Shown: positions 12,325-25,900, counted from the first letter of the stretch. The stretch: DNA of 64,000 nt from Sphaerodactylus townsendi (GCF_021028975.2 NC_059435.1:38192001-38256000); one strand, 5' to 3'. The notes: generated by a model from the letters alone, not told the origin. A program made the numbers and translations.

Positions 12325-12510
12325 CCCCTCAAAGGAGCTCAGGCTGATTTACATGATTCTCCTTTCTGTAAGGATTTGATCTGTACAACAAATTTATGAG
12401 GTAGGTCAGGTTCCAAGGAAGTTGCTAACCCAAGGCGACCCCTTGAGCTTCATTGGTCAGTGGCAGTATGAACACAACTCTTCCCTGTCCTAGCTTGTCA
12501 TACTAAACAT
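12325..12510 (-). mobile_element. Degenerate SINE (Squam3/MIR-like)
   Basis: Resembles the reverse complement of a tRNA-head SINE (ACAACAAATTTATGAGGTAGG...GAGCTTCAT...GTCCTAG). Confidence 0.4.
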
Positions 12511-14260
12511 CAAACCTCGCTCACTTCAAATAACCATTACCAAAGTGGCAAATTCCTGAGCCACTTCCTTCACATGTAATAAAAGTTTGGGAAAGGAACA
12601 AAACTACAATGGGATTTATTAAGCAATGTGAGTTTCTATATTGTTTGGTGTTGCTGCACTTAACTCCACTATCCCTATGCCCTACTGCCTGAACAGCAAC
12701 ACCAATCAGTATTTTCATTTTAAACTCCTCTTCAAAACCACAATTTTGGGTTTAACAACAGCGTGAACTACACACACTGAGAAGCACATGCATCCCTTAG
12801 ATATGTCAGATGGAAAAAATAATAACGAGCTGGTGCTTCTCCCCGCCCGCCTGCCCCAGGTCTCGTGGGAAGTACAACGTGTGCCCATAGTTTGTTAATA
12901 GCAGTCTAGCTCTTCTAGTCCAGATGTCTATAAATAATTAAATTACACTGACAGTCCTCTATTGACATATACAATAATTTTCCTTGCCTAAAGGGATGGA
13001 AAGACAAAGACTATGCTAAAAATGTCTCTCTTTATGGACAAGTTGCTAATAAGTTGGAACCCTTTGAAAGGGGCTTGAATAAATGTTCCACTCAGTATAC
13101 AAATCTGAAAAATCTTGGGGCTTACAAGAATTCCTGTATGAAGTTTCATTTTTGAAAACAAAATAAATTTCTTTATACTCTACATATACTCACACATTCA
13201 TTTCAAAGGAACACAAATCTCTAGTATTCCTTATTTCTTTAAGATGAGCAAGGTATCTGTTGCAAACCTTTACACTTTGTTGTCCAAGTGAAGGTTGGCC
13301 TGTTATAGCCATAAGTGACCAAGCATTGCATTTGAGCCTATGAGAGTAAAATGCTGATTTGGTTGCATGATGGAGACTGTTACCATAGTGATGCTTGGTT
13401 AGCTACTGTATTTACTTCAAAGGGAGACTATATGTGAATGTAAGAATGTAAGAAAGCCCCCTAAAATAGTATACACATTTTTTAAAAATTGGATATAATT
13501 ATAACCTGTATACAATGGAAAACAACCCCTAACTTTTTATAGCACATCTGTGGGAAAAGCTAGCCTTGAATTTTGAGAAAAATAAGATTTGTTGCGGTCA
13601 ACTGTATTAGTGGCCCACTCACTTGAAAAACTGTATCCAAATATTAGTCTGTGACTTAGGATAATGTTCCAGCTCCGCTACTGCAAAAGCTCTGTTCATT
13701 TTCAGTAGGACTCACATAGGGTTATTTACGTCACACCTGAATAGGCAGAAATGGAGGTATTGCCTCAACACTTCTTGGTGGGTCAAGCTGTAGTCATGGT
13801 TGAAAATTAACACTGAAAAGGGTTTTTAACAAAACAAATAGATCCCAGCTTAAACTTGGTTTAAGTTTAAAGTGCTTAATCTCCATTACAGAATGAAATG
13901 CTGGAATTGAAGTTGATACACCAGTTTAGGACAACATGCTGCATTTCAAGGATAACTCCCAATTCAACCCTTAAACTCATACTTAAAGAGAACTAGGAGG
14001 AATGTAAAATAATGAGATATTCTCCTTAAAAACGTGGTTATATATTCTGCAACATAATGTTTCATGCCCAAATCCCTATTCAGGCTTAGTACTTGTTTCA
14101 AAAGAGGGAAGGGAAAAATAGAGAAAATGGCAATACCTAACTTAAATGGCAATATCTAACATAAATATCAATACCTTACAACAAAAATTGATATGTGCAT
14201 ACATAGCCCACTGTACATTTGATATTCACGCTAAAGCATCTCTTTCCAAAAGGAAACATG

Positions 14261-14401
14261 GGCCCCTTCCGCACACGCAAAATAATGCGTTTTCAAACCA
14301 CTTTCACAACTGTTTGCAAGTGGATTTTGCCATTCCGCACAGCTTCAAAGAGCACAGAAAGCAGTTTGAAAGTGCATTATTCTGCATGTGTGGAATGAGC
14401 C
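14261..14401 (+). mobile_element. 141-bp PIF/Harbinger-type MITE, copy 1
   Basis: GGCCCCTTCCGCACACGCAAAATAATGC...GCATTATTCTGCATGTGTGGAATGAGCC; near-identical to copies at 17817, 32980 and 58010. TSD not intact here (ATG vs ACT). Confidence 0.9.
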
Positions 14402-15569
14402 ACTGCCTCTTACCACTCAAAACCTAGGGTTTTTTTGGGTGACTCAAGGCAAACAAGATTAATCCAAGAGTAACATATTAAGATACTGTGATGACAGTGT
14501 GGTTAGAAGTAATTTTGCATATTGAAAGATACTTTTATATGCCTCTTTAATGGACTCTCAGTTCCAGGAATGAGAGGTGGAAAAGTAAACATTAGTGTCC
14601 CAAAGGAGGTGAGCGGCTCCTTCTAATGCAGTTGTTCAACATCATGGTTGTACTGCAGGGAACAAAAACATTTTTTCACTGAAACTGAATTGTTTCTTGG
14701 TTTCACTTCCCCAGGGCCAAGGTTATAAATATGGAGACTACAGGGGACTGCTTAATGCATTTATCTGTTTTTCATGATGAGATTATGACTTCTAGTAAAA
14801 TGAACTTTTCCCCTACAGCAGATTTCATTAATTCTGTAGGTTTAGTAAACTAACAAACTTTCTAAAATCATTTTTATTCATAGACTGCTGACAGTAATGG
14901 AGAAATTTTTTTTCCATACTCAAGCTGTTCATAAACCTCCCCCCCTTCTTTCCCACAAAAGCTCATTTTAGCTTCTGACAGTTTTGCAAAGTGTTGGCAA
15001 GACTATTAACCAGTACAGGTATCCTTGTAATAACGCTCCGATCAAAAAGTACGGTTTACATGGCACAAAGCAGCCCCAATGGTATCCGCTAGAAGTGGGC
15101 ATTAACATCTGGACAAAGCACATTTCACACATGGAGTGGAGCTTAATCTATCAGAAGAGTTAATGGAAGAGATGTCTTTCTTGCCTTCTGCTTCCACAAA
15201 TAGCCTGCCATTTATCCCAGAATCCATCCTAGCACATTTTGTATCTTGCTCCTTACAGAGGAGTTTCTGGAAAGTGGCAGTTTGCTTAGAAAAGGCAAAG
15301 ACAAGGAAAGGATGAATGGTGGACTAGTTAAGAAACTGGGGAAAGATCAGATCCACCAACATTTTCAGTAATGCCTTCCAAAAGATTCAATCCAGTATGA
15401 ATGCAAAACACACATTTGTACTAGATATATACAATATGATCCAAGGTGAAGTTCGTGATACTGACTATCAGAGGTTTTCTTCCCTACAAAGCACTTCCAG
15501 TGACTCGATATCCTGCTAACCACATATAAAAGCAAACTGTGACTTAGGTTTATCAACATTCAGATGGGG

Positions 15570-15767
15570 TCTGAATATCTCCCTGAATTACAGGTGATCT
15601 CCAGTCCACAGAGATCGGTATCTCTGGAGAAAATGGCTACTTGGGGGGGGGGGGTAGACTCTGTAGCATTATACCCCACTGAGATCTCTATCCTTCCTAA
15701 ACCCCACCCTCCCAAGGTTCCACCCTCAAATTGCCAGGAATTTTCCAGCTTAGAGTTGGTAACCTTA
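15570..15767. mobile_element. Fragment of a non-autonomous DNA element ending GAGTTGGTAACCTTA (hAT-like TAGGGTTGCCA terminus)
   Basis: A similar terminus (GTTGGCAACCCTA) recurs near 26242-26254. Family assignment is by pattern only. Confidence 0.45.
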
Positions 15768-17164
15768 CTGTGACTTCAGCTCCAAACCATTTCAGAGATG
15801 GAAAATCCAAGAAAATTTTATTTCTGCCACATTAACACCCTCTCTAAACAAATGAACATTCTGCTATAGAGGACCGTGTAATACACCTTTTTCACTCACA
15901 CAGAGTGCCTACCATCATCTACAACTGGTCTCACACAGATTCAGGGTTACAAGTAGGTCAGACCATCACAGGCTGTTATCCTTCTTGCCTCTTTTAAAAT
16001 ATACAGAGAGTCATGATCATTTCACCTTTCTCACACTCACAGAGATGATAGGGTAGCCCAGTCCCCACAATAATTATTGGGGTTGGGGACTCAAACACTG
16101 TTTCATTCATATGCTACTGCCATTTGTTCAAAATCAAATATATCCAGATCTTAGATGAGGAGGGGGTCCTCTGACACAACCAGCCCAAAGGGTGAAACAA
16201 ACAAGAAGTTAACTTTTGTTTATGGTTTGAGCTTCACACTGAAGAAAGACAGCTACAACCTACAACATTTTTTTTCAACTGAACCTTTGAACTTTGAACC
16301 TTTCCCTAGCCCAACATTTAGGATCCTTGGTTACAAATTGACTCTTCTATTTCGTTTTAAGCTGCTCTTCACCACAGCCCATTCAGCCAGACACACTAAT
16401 TCTTCTCCAACTGTTTAACTTGCTTCTCTCTTAAGTGATGCTATTTTCCAATTGTCCCTCATTAACATACCATCAGGTCCCACTGGTCACTCTTAAGGAG
16501 AGGCAGAATCTAAGCTCACTGTCATAAGGGCATATAAGGAGGCTACAGCCCCCGCCTGTTGGAAGGATATGCCACTTTTACAATACTGGCAGACGTCCTC
16601 CAATAGGTGTGGCAACATTCCAAATGATTCTGTAATATTTATATTGCTAGTATAATGCTGATGCCATTCCATCAAAACAATGTAAGCTGGCAAGAAGCAT
16701 TCATTTAGAATAAATGGATTTTTAACAACAATAATGCACGGTGACTTTGCTATAAACGAATTACGCTACTATTACTATGCTAGACTCCTACAATATAAAT
16801 GGGAGTTATGCTTAGGATTTGACTGGACTGAATTTTGAAGCATAAATAAAAGCATAAATATAACCAGATTACAATTTCCAAAGAATATGGGATACATGAT
16901 TTAAAACTATAGCATTTACTTTTAATAATAAAACAGTTTACACGTGGGTCTAATTAATTCATATATGTCAGCAGCAACATATTTCATTTTTACACTCGGG
17001 AGGCACAGCTTTGTTGGGAAACAGGGAAATTAACATACTCAGTTATACTATATTCTTGATTCAACTGAGGTCTTCGTGAAGCTGATTAGCTCCATGGTGG
17101 AACATATAAGGAGACAATGTAGACTGCCAACCCATCCACAATACCACTGTGCTATACATGGACA

Positions 17165-17250
17165 TCTGCAGAAGGGAACTTTGACTCTCAAAAGCTTATA
17201 TCCTCAAAATCTTGTTGGTCTCTAAAGTGTTACCAGATTTGAATCTAGAA
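17165..17250 (+). mobile_element. Penelope-like element 3'/pseudo-LTR remnant
   Basis: CTGCAGAAGGGAACTTTGACTCTCAAAAGCTTAT...CTTGTTGGTCTCTAAAGTG has the layout of a decayed CTGAAGA...GAAA PLE terminus. Confidence 0.5.
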
Positions 17251-17307
17251 TGTTATGTAACTTTCTCATAAGTGGTGGTTCATGCACATTTGTGTGTGTG
17301 TATAGAC

Positions 17308-17453
17308 CCGTGGTGGCGAACCTTTTGCACTCCAGATGTTATGGACTACAATTCCCATAAGCCCCTGCCAGCATGGCCAATTGGCCATGCTGGCAGGGGC
17401 TGATGGGAATTGTAGTCCATAACATCTGGATTGCCAAAGGTTCACCACCGCTG
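17308..17453. mobile_element. Palindromic hAT-type MITE (146 bp)
   Basis: The whole element is an inverted repeat centred on GGCCAATTGGCC. Left flank GTATAGAC (17300-17307) recurs at 17515-17522 after a nested insertion. Confidence 0.9.
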
Positions 17454-17458
17454 GTATA

Positions 17459-17514
17459 TTTATTTATTTATTTTTATTTATTTTTGAGATTTTTATACCG
17501 CCCAACCCCTGAAG
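17459..17514 (-). mobile_element. Very short 5'-truncated retroelement 3' end (L2/Squam3-type tail)
   Basis: Minus strand reads CTTCAGGGGTTGGGCGGTATAAAAATCTC followed by (AAAT)n; flanked by a GTATA duplication. Confidence 0.75.
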
Positions 17515-17816
17515 GTATAGACACACACAAACATATAATATTTTAAACCTGTATTCATCACCTTGGAAACTTTATAAGAATCAAACCAATCTGGCCTGGC
17601 AAGACCGCCGTGGGATGCTAATCTAGGCTGAGACAACTCCCTGTCCAGTGCTGATCTGGACTACACTGAGGCAGCAATCCCCAAGTGCCAACCACCTGTC
17701 CCAGTGCCAATCTGGGCTGGCAAGTGCCCCCTCTCCCCGGCCAGTGCCAATTTCTTATGTGATTTCTGAATTTAATCAGATTTTGAATCTTTAAAACAGC
17801 CTTTTATAAAAGCTTA

Positions 17817-17957
17817 GGCCCCTTCCACACACGCAAAATAATGCGTTTTCAAACCACTTTCACAACTGTTTGCAAGTGGATTTTGCCATTCTGCACAGCT
17901 TCAAAGAGCACTGAAAGCAGTTTGAAAGTGCATTATTCTGCATGTGCGGAATGAGCC
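17817..17957 (+). mobile_element. 141-bp PIF/Harbinger-type MITE, copy 2
   Basis: Same TIRs as copy 1; TSD TTA (17814-17816, 17958-17960). Confidence 0.93.
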
Positions 17958-20381
17958 TTAGTAAACTTCTAAAACGCTCATAAGGCAGGCAATACTGCTG
18001 TTTACCGCTTATTTTTTAAATTCTCAATGTCTGAGTTATGAATTAAATGAAAAACTGCTGACTATTTAACAATACTTTTCAAAAAAGGGTTGGGTAGCCT
18101 TTTGTTTTCAAACATATAATCAACTTGTATTCTAGACTCAAGCAAGAGTGGTGCTTTTCTGTGGTGTCCCCATAGTATAAGGCCTTAGCAATAATTTCAG
18201 ACCAAAAAGATGTAAAAGAAAGGAATGCCACATACTGGCAAAATATAAGGGGGAGGGGAGGAAGACATGCCAGTAAAACTGAGAGAATGTTTCTCCCTTA
18301 TGGCCCATCTCACTTGCAAGTATATGAAAGGGAAATGTACCCCCCCCCCCCCCCGGCAATATGCTAGTCATTGCTGCAGCCTAAAGCCATGGGAAAATTC
18401 CAGAATAAAATCACATTGGCAAAAATTCTGGAAACATGAGGGGGGGAACAGATTATGAACAAGTAGTCCACATTTCATTTTAAGTAGTAAGCACTGGGCA
18501 TATTCGCATTCTGACATTAAAATATATTTTACTGTGCTTTAATAGCTTAAACAGTTTAAAGAAATGACACTGCTTCAAAATGCATGTCACATAAAACCTC
18601 TGCAATCAACTTCAAAATATAATCAGATTTTAATCAAAATATAATCAGTTCAGGTTATAACAACATCCCAAAGACCAACAAATCATGAAAATCGCTTGAC
18701 ATCCAGCCACAGTAATATTTTCTATAGGTGGCTAAACCTTATTTTAGGTTCAATGGAAGCAATCAGCCAAAGAACCATCCAGGAAGTTCGCATCAATATG
18801 TGACACTCCACCTCCACTCATATCCTGCCTTCTTAAGATTTGCTGGATCATAATGCTGCACAGTGGATGCCACAAAATGGCAAAATTACTCAGCCAATCA
18901 TTAGACTTTACAACCAGCAACCAGGTTTGACCACTTGTCTCTTGGCAAGCTAGTCTCCCTCACACTCCTAGATACAGCCTTCTTGATCTTGGATCTTAGA
19001 CTGTGAAGATCACTCTCTGATTAACCTTGTTATTATCTCAACTCAATCTTTTCAGTGCTTTTCCTCAGGTCATATGCCATTCTGTTTAAACTCTGCTTTC
19101 TCACTCCTTTTTACACCACCCTCTTTTCTCAGCCTCTTTACTTATATACTGCCATCCCTTAGCTTATCTATATACCAGGACTACAGTATCAACATTTTGT
19201 CCTCCCACCAAAATAAAACAAACACTGACCATCCTCTCTTTTCTACCATCCATATGCCAATGTACCAATACAAAATATAACATACAGCTTTTTATAATAG
19301 AGGCTAACAGGATGTTATTTACCCAGGGATGTTATTTGCCTCCATGCCATAAAAGGTTTTATATACAATTTCTATTAATTAAGCCTCTTTAAAGGGTTAT
19401 TTATTTTTCACGTTCCTAGCAACAGGTTAAATGCTAGTTTTTCTTCCATGTGTTGCATTTTGCAGGAGGGACTCTAATGTGTTACAACATTTACTTTAGA
19501 ATTCTCTTTTTTTAGTTTCACATTTGGGTCTTCATTACACAGTTGCTGGAGGACTTACATCCCACTAGTTAAATCAATAATGAGTATTTCTGAAAATGAA
19601 AGCTAAAATAGTAATTGCAGCTCTTGGCTCATAGTTTTATAAGATAGCAAGGGGCATGAAGTTAAGCCTTGATCAAATATTTTCACTTGATATTTTAGTT
19701 CTGCAAACTAGCTAAGACTTTCCACATTTTGTTCAAAGATCCGTACAAAGATTAGTCATATTGCATTACCAAAGCACCATTTAAAACTGATAACAGCTTG
19801 CTGCCAAACATTCAAAGGGAAACCCACTTCAGAATATGAGATTTCCCAAAGGTACTTGCAACCCAGCACAAATATCTGACATTCAAAGAAAAACTACATT
19901 CCAGCTTATAAAATTAATTCATGGGACTTTACAATAATTTTTCTTTAAAATGGAATATCCATGGAAACAATGGTGGTAACTGAAAGGGTAAGGAAGAGTT
20001 CCCCAAGGAAGTTGGGATATGCTTGGGAGAGGGAAGGTCAGGTTTGAGATACTATTTTGAATAGAGGTAGTAATTACTTGATGGAGTATGAATGAATCAA
20101 TGAATGAATGAATGCCATGACTCATTGAGAAATGAGAGGGGAAAAGGAGGAATAGATGTTCATCTATTAATTACTGTTTTAATCCAGATGGGATTATATG
20201 AGTCTGTTATTAAATTATTAAAATAGTGATTATGAAATTATACAATTGGAAAAGACCATAAAACTGCATCAGTCTTGAAGTCCATAAATCTACTAATTAT
20301 GTTGAACTCCTTTCTTCAAAAAAAAGTCAACTCTGAACTACATCTCAAAGAACAATTTAATAAAAAAATAGAAAACATTTA

Positions 20382-20545
20382 AAATCATAGAACTGGAAGA
20401 AGCCACAAGGACCATCAAGTCCAACCCTCTGCCATGCAGGAACACACAATTAACCCCCCTTGACAGATAGCCATCCAGCCTCTGTTTTAAAATCGCCAAA
20501 GGAGATTTCACCATACTCTGAGACAGTGTATTCCACTGTTGAAAT
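20382..20545 (-). mobile_element. CR1 LINE 3' end
   Basis: AATCATAGAACTGGAAG...GGACCATCAAGTCCAACCC...CCATCCAGCCTCTG...TTCCACTG is the reverse complement of a typical CR1 3' terminus. Confidence 0.8.
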
Positions 20546-20944
20546 TTGTTGTGTCACTCTGTTATTAAGATATTCTTTGTTATCATTCTCTTTGGGGATT
20601 GTTTTAAATCTGTTCCCCCTCCCTTGATATTTTACCTGTATTGTCTTAAATGCCAATAAAGGCTTGGTGCTATAGATGCTATACTTGGGTCATTACAGTG
20701 TGCTGAATTAGACCCAGAAGTCTGTATAAGGTATTTTAAAGTGTTGACTTGTTTAATTCTTTTACCCCCACCACCACTTCTATGTCCAGATTTTTGACTG
20801 CTTTCTAAAAGCCATAACTTTGGTTTTATGGAAATTTATGTCCAGGCCTTCATTATCACACAAAACTGCAAATCTGTTTAACACTCTTCTCATACCCAGT
20901 GGAATTCTGGAAAGCATCACCCAGTCATCAGCATACAGCATCCT

Positions 20945-21004
20945 TGGGGATGGGGCGGTATAAAAATCTAAATAATAAATAAATAAATAAAATATAAATA
21001 AATA
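20945..21004 (+). mobile_element. Very short retroelement 3' end (L2/Squam3-type tail) inserted into the RT remnant
   Basis: GGGGCGGTATAAAAATCT plus (AAAT)n, the same motif as 17459-17514. It interrupts the RT just before LYADD. Confidence 0.7.
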
Positions 21005-21021
21005 TATGTATGTGTCTAGAT

Positions 21022-21169
21022 CAGGGGTAGGGAACCTGCGGCTCTCCAGATGTTCAGGAACTACAATTCCCATCAGCCTCTGTCAGCATGGCCAATTGGC
21101 CATGCTGGTAGGGGCTGATGGGAATTGTAGTTCCTGAACATCTGGAGAGCCGCAGGTTCCCTACCCCTG
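21022..21169. mobile_element. Palindromic hAT-type MITE (148 bp)
   Basis: CAGGGG...CCCCTG near-perfect palindrome; 8-bp TSD GTCTAGAT (21014-21021, 21170-21177). Confidence 0.95.
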
Positions 21170-21403
21170 GTCTAGATGCCAATTCAGGTGGATGTAGATT
21201 TCCTACCCTGGTAAAACTGACCATATCATTAATATAATAGTTAAACAATATTGGGGCCAAAAGATATCCTTGTCTGAGTCCTCTTAGCATTTTTATTAGC
21301 TCAGTAAGGTGTCCTCTATTTCTACATCTCACTCCAAGAGTGGTTTATTCATGAACCACTCAAGTAAGATAGAGGGGTCTTCTATTGATATTAGAGGATT
21401 TTA

Positions 21404-21483
21404 GTTTTTGCCATAGTTTGGGACTTGAAACTGAATGAAAAGCGTTTTTGCCATAGTTTGGGACTTGAAACTGAATGAAAAGC
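21404..21483. repeat. Perfect 40-bp tandem duplication
   Basis: GTTTTTGCCATAGTTTGGGACTTGAAACTGAATGAAAAGC x2. Confidence 0.95.
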
Positions 21484-24400
21484 TGCCTTTGGGTTAATAC
21501 ATGCAGCATACAGGAATAATAGGATACTTTTCTATTCAGTGTAGAAGTAGCAAACACTGTTCCAATGACGACCTACCCTCCCTAAAGCTCGCTTGCTAAG
21601 GTGCTATTAGAACTTCCTGTTTTAGGAAGACAAACAATTTATCTAAAAGATGTCTGCAGTAAAGGTTTATCAATGATATTCGACAGGTTATTAGGACCAT
21701 AATTTGCATTATCATTTTCATTACCTTTGTTATAAATGCGTATAACAATGGCTATACCCCAATCTTTAGGAATCTACACTGTGCAGCCAAGAATGGCACC
21801 TACCAGTTTCTGTTTTCCTTCAAAACTTCAGGCAGGATGTAATCTGAGCGTTTTACCATTTTGAAACTGTCTAATATGTGGTGGCCAGTGGGGCAAACTC
21901 TCTACCTCTATCAAAGGAATCTCTTGAGTAATATCATCATATAAAGACTAAAAAAAAGGTCCATTTGTCTGCTGTAATGTCTAGATTTGTCAGAGAGGGA
22001 GATTTCTGACTCCAATCAGAGGTTATTCTCCAAAATAATAAAGAGTTTTTATCTTTTGGAGCTTGAATAAACTGTCCCCACATTTTTGCGGTGTAGTCTT
22101 TTTTCTTATCAATTAGTTGTTCTGTACTTTTTTGTGAGTGGCTAACTCCATTAACAGTGCCTCTCTGGATCTGATTTTTTAACAACAAAAATAGAGGGTG
22201 GTCAAAGCCTTTTTACAATTGAAGAAATCTTTATCAAACAATGGTTTGGAATGTTTGTTCTTATTAAATTGCTGCATGCTGGGTGACCCACTTAAGACAG
22301 TTCTTAATTCCATGGTGAGCTCTCTGTAGATCCGCAAAGGATCCATGTTTAGCTCAGTGTTTGTGAAGGCTAACTATATTTCTGCAGTTTTTCGGTATTA
22401 AGATCAACTTTACTTTCACATTGAATGAACTAGACCATATGACGTTCCTGTCTACTTGCCCGAGATAAGGGAAGCGGTCAGTCCCCAAAAGCAGCTGTTT
22501 GCATGATAGTGATATCTGTAGATATAGAGGGAGGTGATCTCCCTCTAGATTCTGAAGTATTTTTAAATTCTCAACATACGGCACTAAAGAATTACCAATT
22601 AATATATAATCTATAACACTGGCTTGACATCCAGCCAGAACTTAGCATATAGCTATAGTCTACATAAAATCTATCTTCCCACACACAACAGTACTATCAT
22701 GTTTTTCTCAGAAGTAAACCCTTTTTAGCAAACATTCTACTCCTCCCTGACTTTTCCCCTTTATTCCTTTGTTTTACTGCCTAACAAATAACTTCCTGAA
22801 TTTTTGCATTCATTAATAAATTACAACACAATAAATTTTACAACACAAGGAATTAAAGGTTAAAGGAATTAATGAAATGTAGAGGGGAATTATCTTGTAC
22901 ACCATCCTGTGCTTCTAAGAGAACAGGTAGAATACAATGTATGGATTTTGTCTAGAAGCCCTGCTTTTTACTTCGTTGACAAAGTCATTTTTCATTTATT
23001 TTATATTATTGTAACAGCATGATAATCTAGACTCTCAGATAATATAAAGAAATTATGGTAATTCCAGTCAGAATGGCTAGAGTGAATCTCTCTTTACTAG
23101 CTCATGCATTCAATATTATGGATTTTATTTAAAACATATGATTTCAGGACATACTTTCAAATGATAGAATAATTAAGGAAACATCCAAAACATCTTTAAA
23201 GTTCTGCAAAAAGATAATTAAAATGCTACCAGAACAATTAGAGGTCTGCAACATCTGCTTTATCAGAGGGAGAGTTAAGAGGATCCATCTGTTTAGTTTA
23301 TTTAAGAGAAGATTAAGAAGTTATCCCACATCCAAGTAGGAATCCCTGATGCCAAATGTCAGGATGGTAATCAACATGCTTTGGAGGGGGGCAGGGCAAG
23401 ATGAGAAGTTCAGATTTCATTCTTAACAACAGTGGTAGAGTTCCATTGCAGGAGACACGGCTGGAACCAATATTAGAAGCTCTGTCTAATCCTTTGCCAA
23501 TAATGCTTTCCAGCTACAACACTTGGAATTTTTTTTAAAAAAAACTGACATAGCACCCTACTATTTCGGAATAAGTTCCTTAGTTGGTACCATTCCACTA
23601 ATTGTTTCTATCCCTTTACTATAACACTATGTTAACCATGATTCATGCAATGAACCAGATAATAAAGGGCAATCAACTAGATGGCATGAAGTATGAGTGT
23701 GCCCATTTCACATATTAATTCAGGATAATAATTATATCTGCATCAAATATGAACTTTTTGTACACAGAGAGCTTGTGTAACTGATAGATTTGAAGCCAAT
23801 AGATGGAAGCAGATACCTGATTATTAAATGGGGGGTATTTTCCTTAATAGAATGATTATCTACTGGGTGGGATTAGCCATCTGTTTCCTTTAAACAAAGT
23901 CAGCATGCTTTGTTGAAAGTATGCATTTCAACTGAAATAGAGTATGTGTCTAGTGTGTTGAAATTAAGGGGTAAAAATCAATACCCGACTTACATAATGA
24001 TCACCACAGCTTTGTAATTCCATCGATCTGTTACAGTGCATTCCCTAACAGAGTTAAACCATTCTAAAATCTTTGAAGTCAACAGCCTTGGGAAGGTGTA
24101 AACTCTGCTTAGGATGGCACAGTAATACACAGATGTATTTGATGCTAGGAAGTAATATACAAGCTATTTACTGTATATAATTGATGAGAACAGTGTTGCA
24201 GATGTTAAATTATCTCCAGGTAATTTACTTTGTGCTTTTGAGATAGTCCTTTGCCAACCATATGGTACATTCTGAATCAGACACAGCACAAAAGTATCAG
24301 ATAGTATATATACAGATTAATCTGTCTTCTAATCTTTCTGTTCCACCACACAAAAATGTCACTGTTTATACTTTGATATGATAAAGTATTCAAAAATATA

Positions 24401-25689
24401 CAACTAGAGAGTTAAATGTGGGCTATCAATAATGTTAAGAACAGGAAAATTCCAAGGAACCTAAAATATTTCACATACAGAATCTGTAAAATACAGGAAT
24501 AGCTGGTCATGAAAGGTGGGAGGGATCCTACATTCACTCTCTCCATCTGTTCCTTTCCCACTGCCAGATTGTCCACTGTTGCTTTGTTCTTTCCAGGCAG
24601 ACAGAAAATGCATCTTGCGGGGGAAGGGGAGGGAAAGAGTCATGCATGTGGAAGTTATCCTGTGATGCTTATCCTGAAAATGTAAACTGGGAAGAGCTAC
24701 TGCCATTTATCTCTTACTGAAATGACAGGTATTTTTAGATTGCTAATTTAAGTGTTGTTACTCAAGGGAAAACCTAGGGCCTGAATCCTCAGTTTCCCAT
24801 CAAAGGCTTAAAAACCTAACTTTCTCACTGACTTGGAGAGTGGTTTTCAATGCTCAATGCAGATATCCATCCACAAGCACTCCTTCTAGAGATAAGCTTG
24901 CAGGATCCAGCAGGGAATGCACATGTGCCAGTCTGCTTTTATGAACATATGGCTTCAATGACTCTGAGAGACTTAAATTAAATGCCACTTAGATTACCCA
25001 TCAGTATAGCACATGCATAACAGTACTTAGAATTATACACCCTGCACGAATCAGTTTCAAATTCCCACTGTGATTCTAAAACATTCCTAGTTTTCTTCCA
25101 CTAAGCTTTTTATTCCATAAAGATTTTCATTTTTCCTCTAACTCCCATTCTGAATTTCTATGCTTTGAAACACTGCACATAAAATTATAAACCTAACTAC
25201 TACTTACAATTTTGTATATAAGAACAATATTGCCTGACAGAATTCACATTGACTACCTCTTGCCTCCCCCACCCAAATGGTAGCTTTTACATTTATTGCC
25301 TCTGTTTAGATAGGTATGTTGTATCCTGTTCACACTTGCAGGGTCAGAAAAATACTTCAAATTCGTAGGAGCCTGCTCTAGACATAGAGATAAATTTTAC
25401 AACATCTAAGAGCCCTAATCGCTTTATAAGGCATCTGGTGATCAGATTTTTGCAGCCCTGCTTAAAAGAGACAGAAAGGCTTCCACTCTCTAGTCATTCC
25501 ACATACTATGCAAAACAGAATTATTTAGGAAAGCAGTTTTACAAAGGCAATGGGATTATACCATAATGGAATGTTCCAGGAAGAGGCTTTAATAAAGGGA
25601 AAGATTGTGGACTATACTATTACATACGGTACGAAATATATGTTGCTGTATGAATTATCCTATTTGGTAATTTCTGAATCATTTTACGT

Positions 25690-25845
25690 GCCATGTTACT
25701 TCTTATGCTTTGTCTCAGATTTCTGTTTGGTTTCAGATTTTTACAATCCTAATCCTATTACATTGTTAATTGGATGTCTCATCCTGTTGACTATATTGAT
25801 TTAAGCTGTGTAATCTACCTGCAGCTCAATCAGAAAGGGCAACAA

Positions 25846-25900
<55 letters not shown>

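Larger units (their letters stand above)
20720..22625 (-). mobile_element. Decayed APE-type non-LTR retrotransposon ORF2 (endonuclease end through RT; clade uncertain, possibly RTE-X-like)
   Basis: Minus-strand motifs in order: SVIDYIL...EGDHLPL (endonuclease end), PKDWGIAIVIRIYNKG...NYGP, GLRQGYLLAPILFNYYINDM, LYADD, INFHKTKVM. Many frameshifts and nested insertions. Confidence 0.85.
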
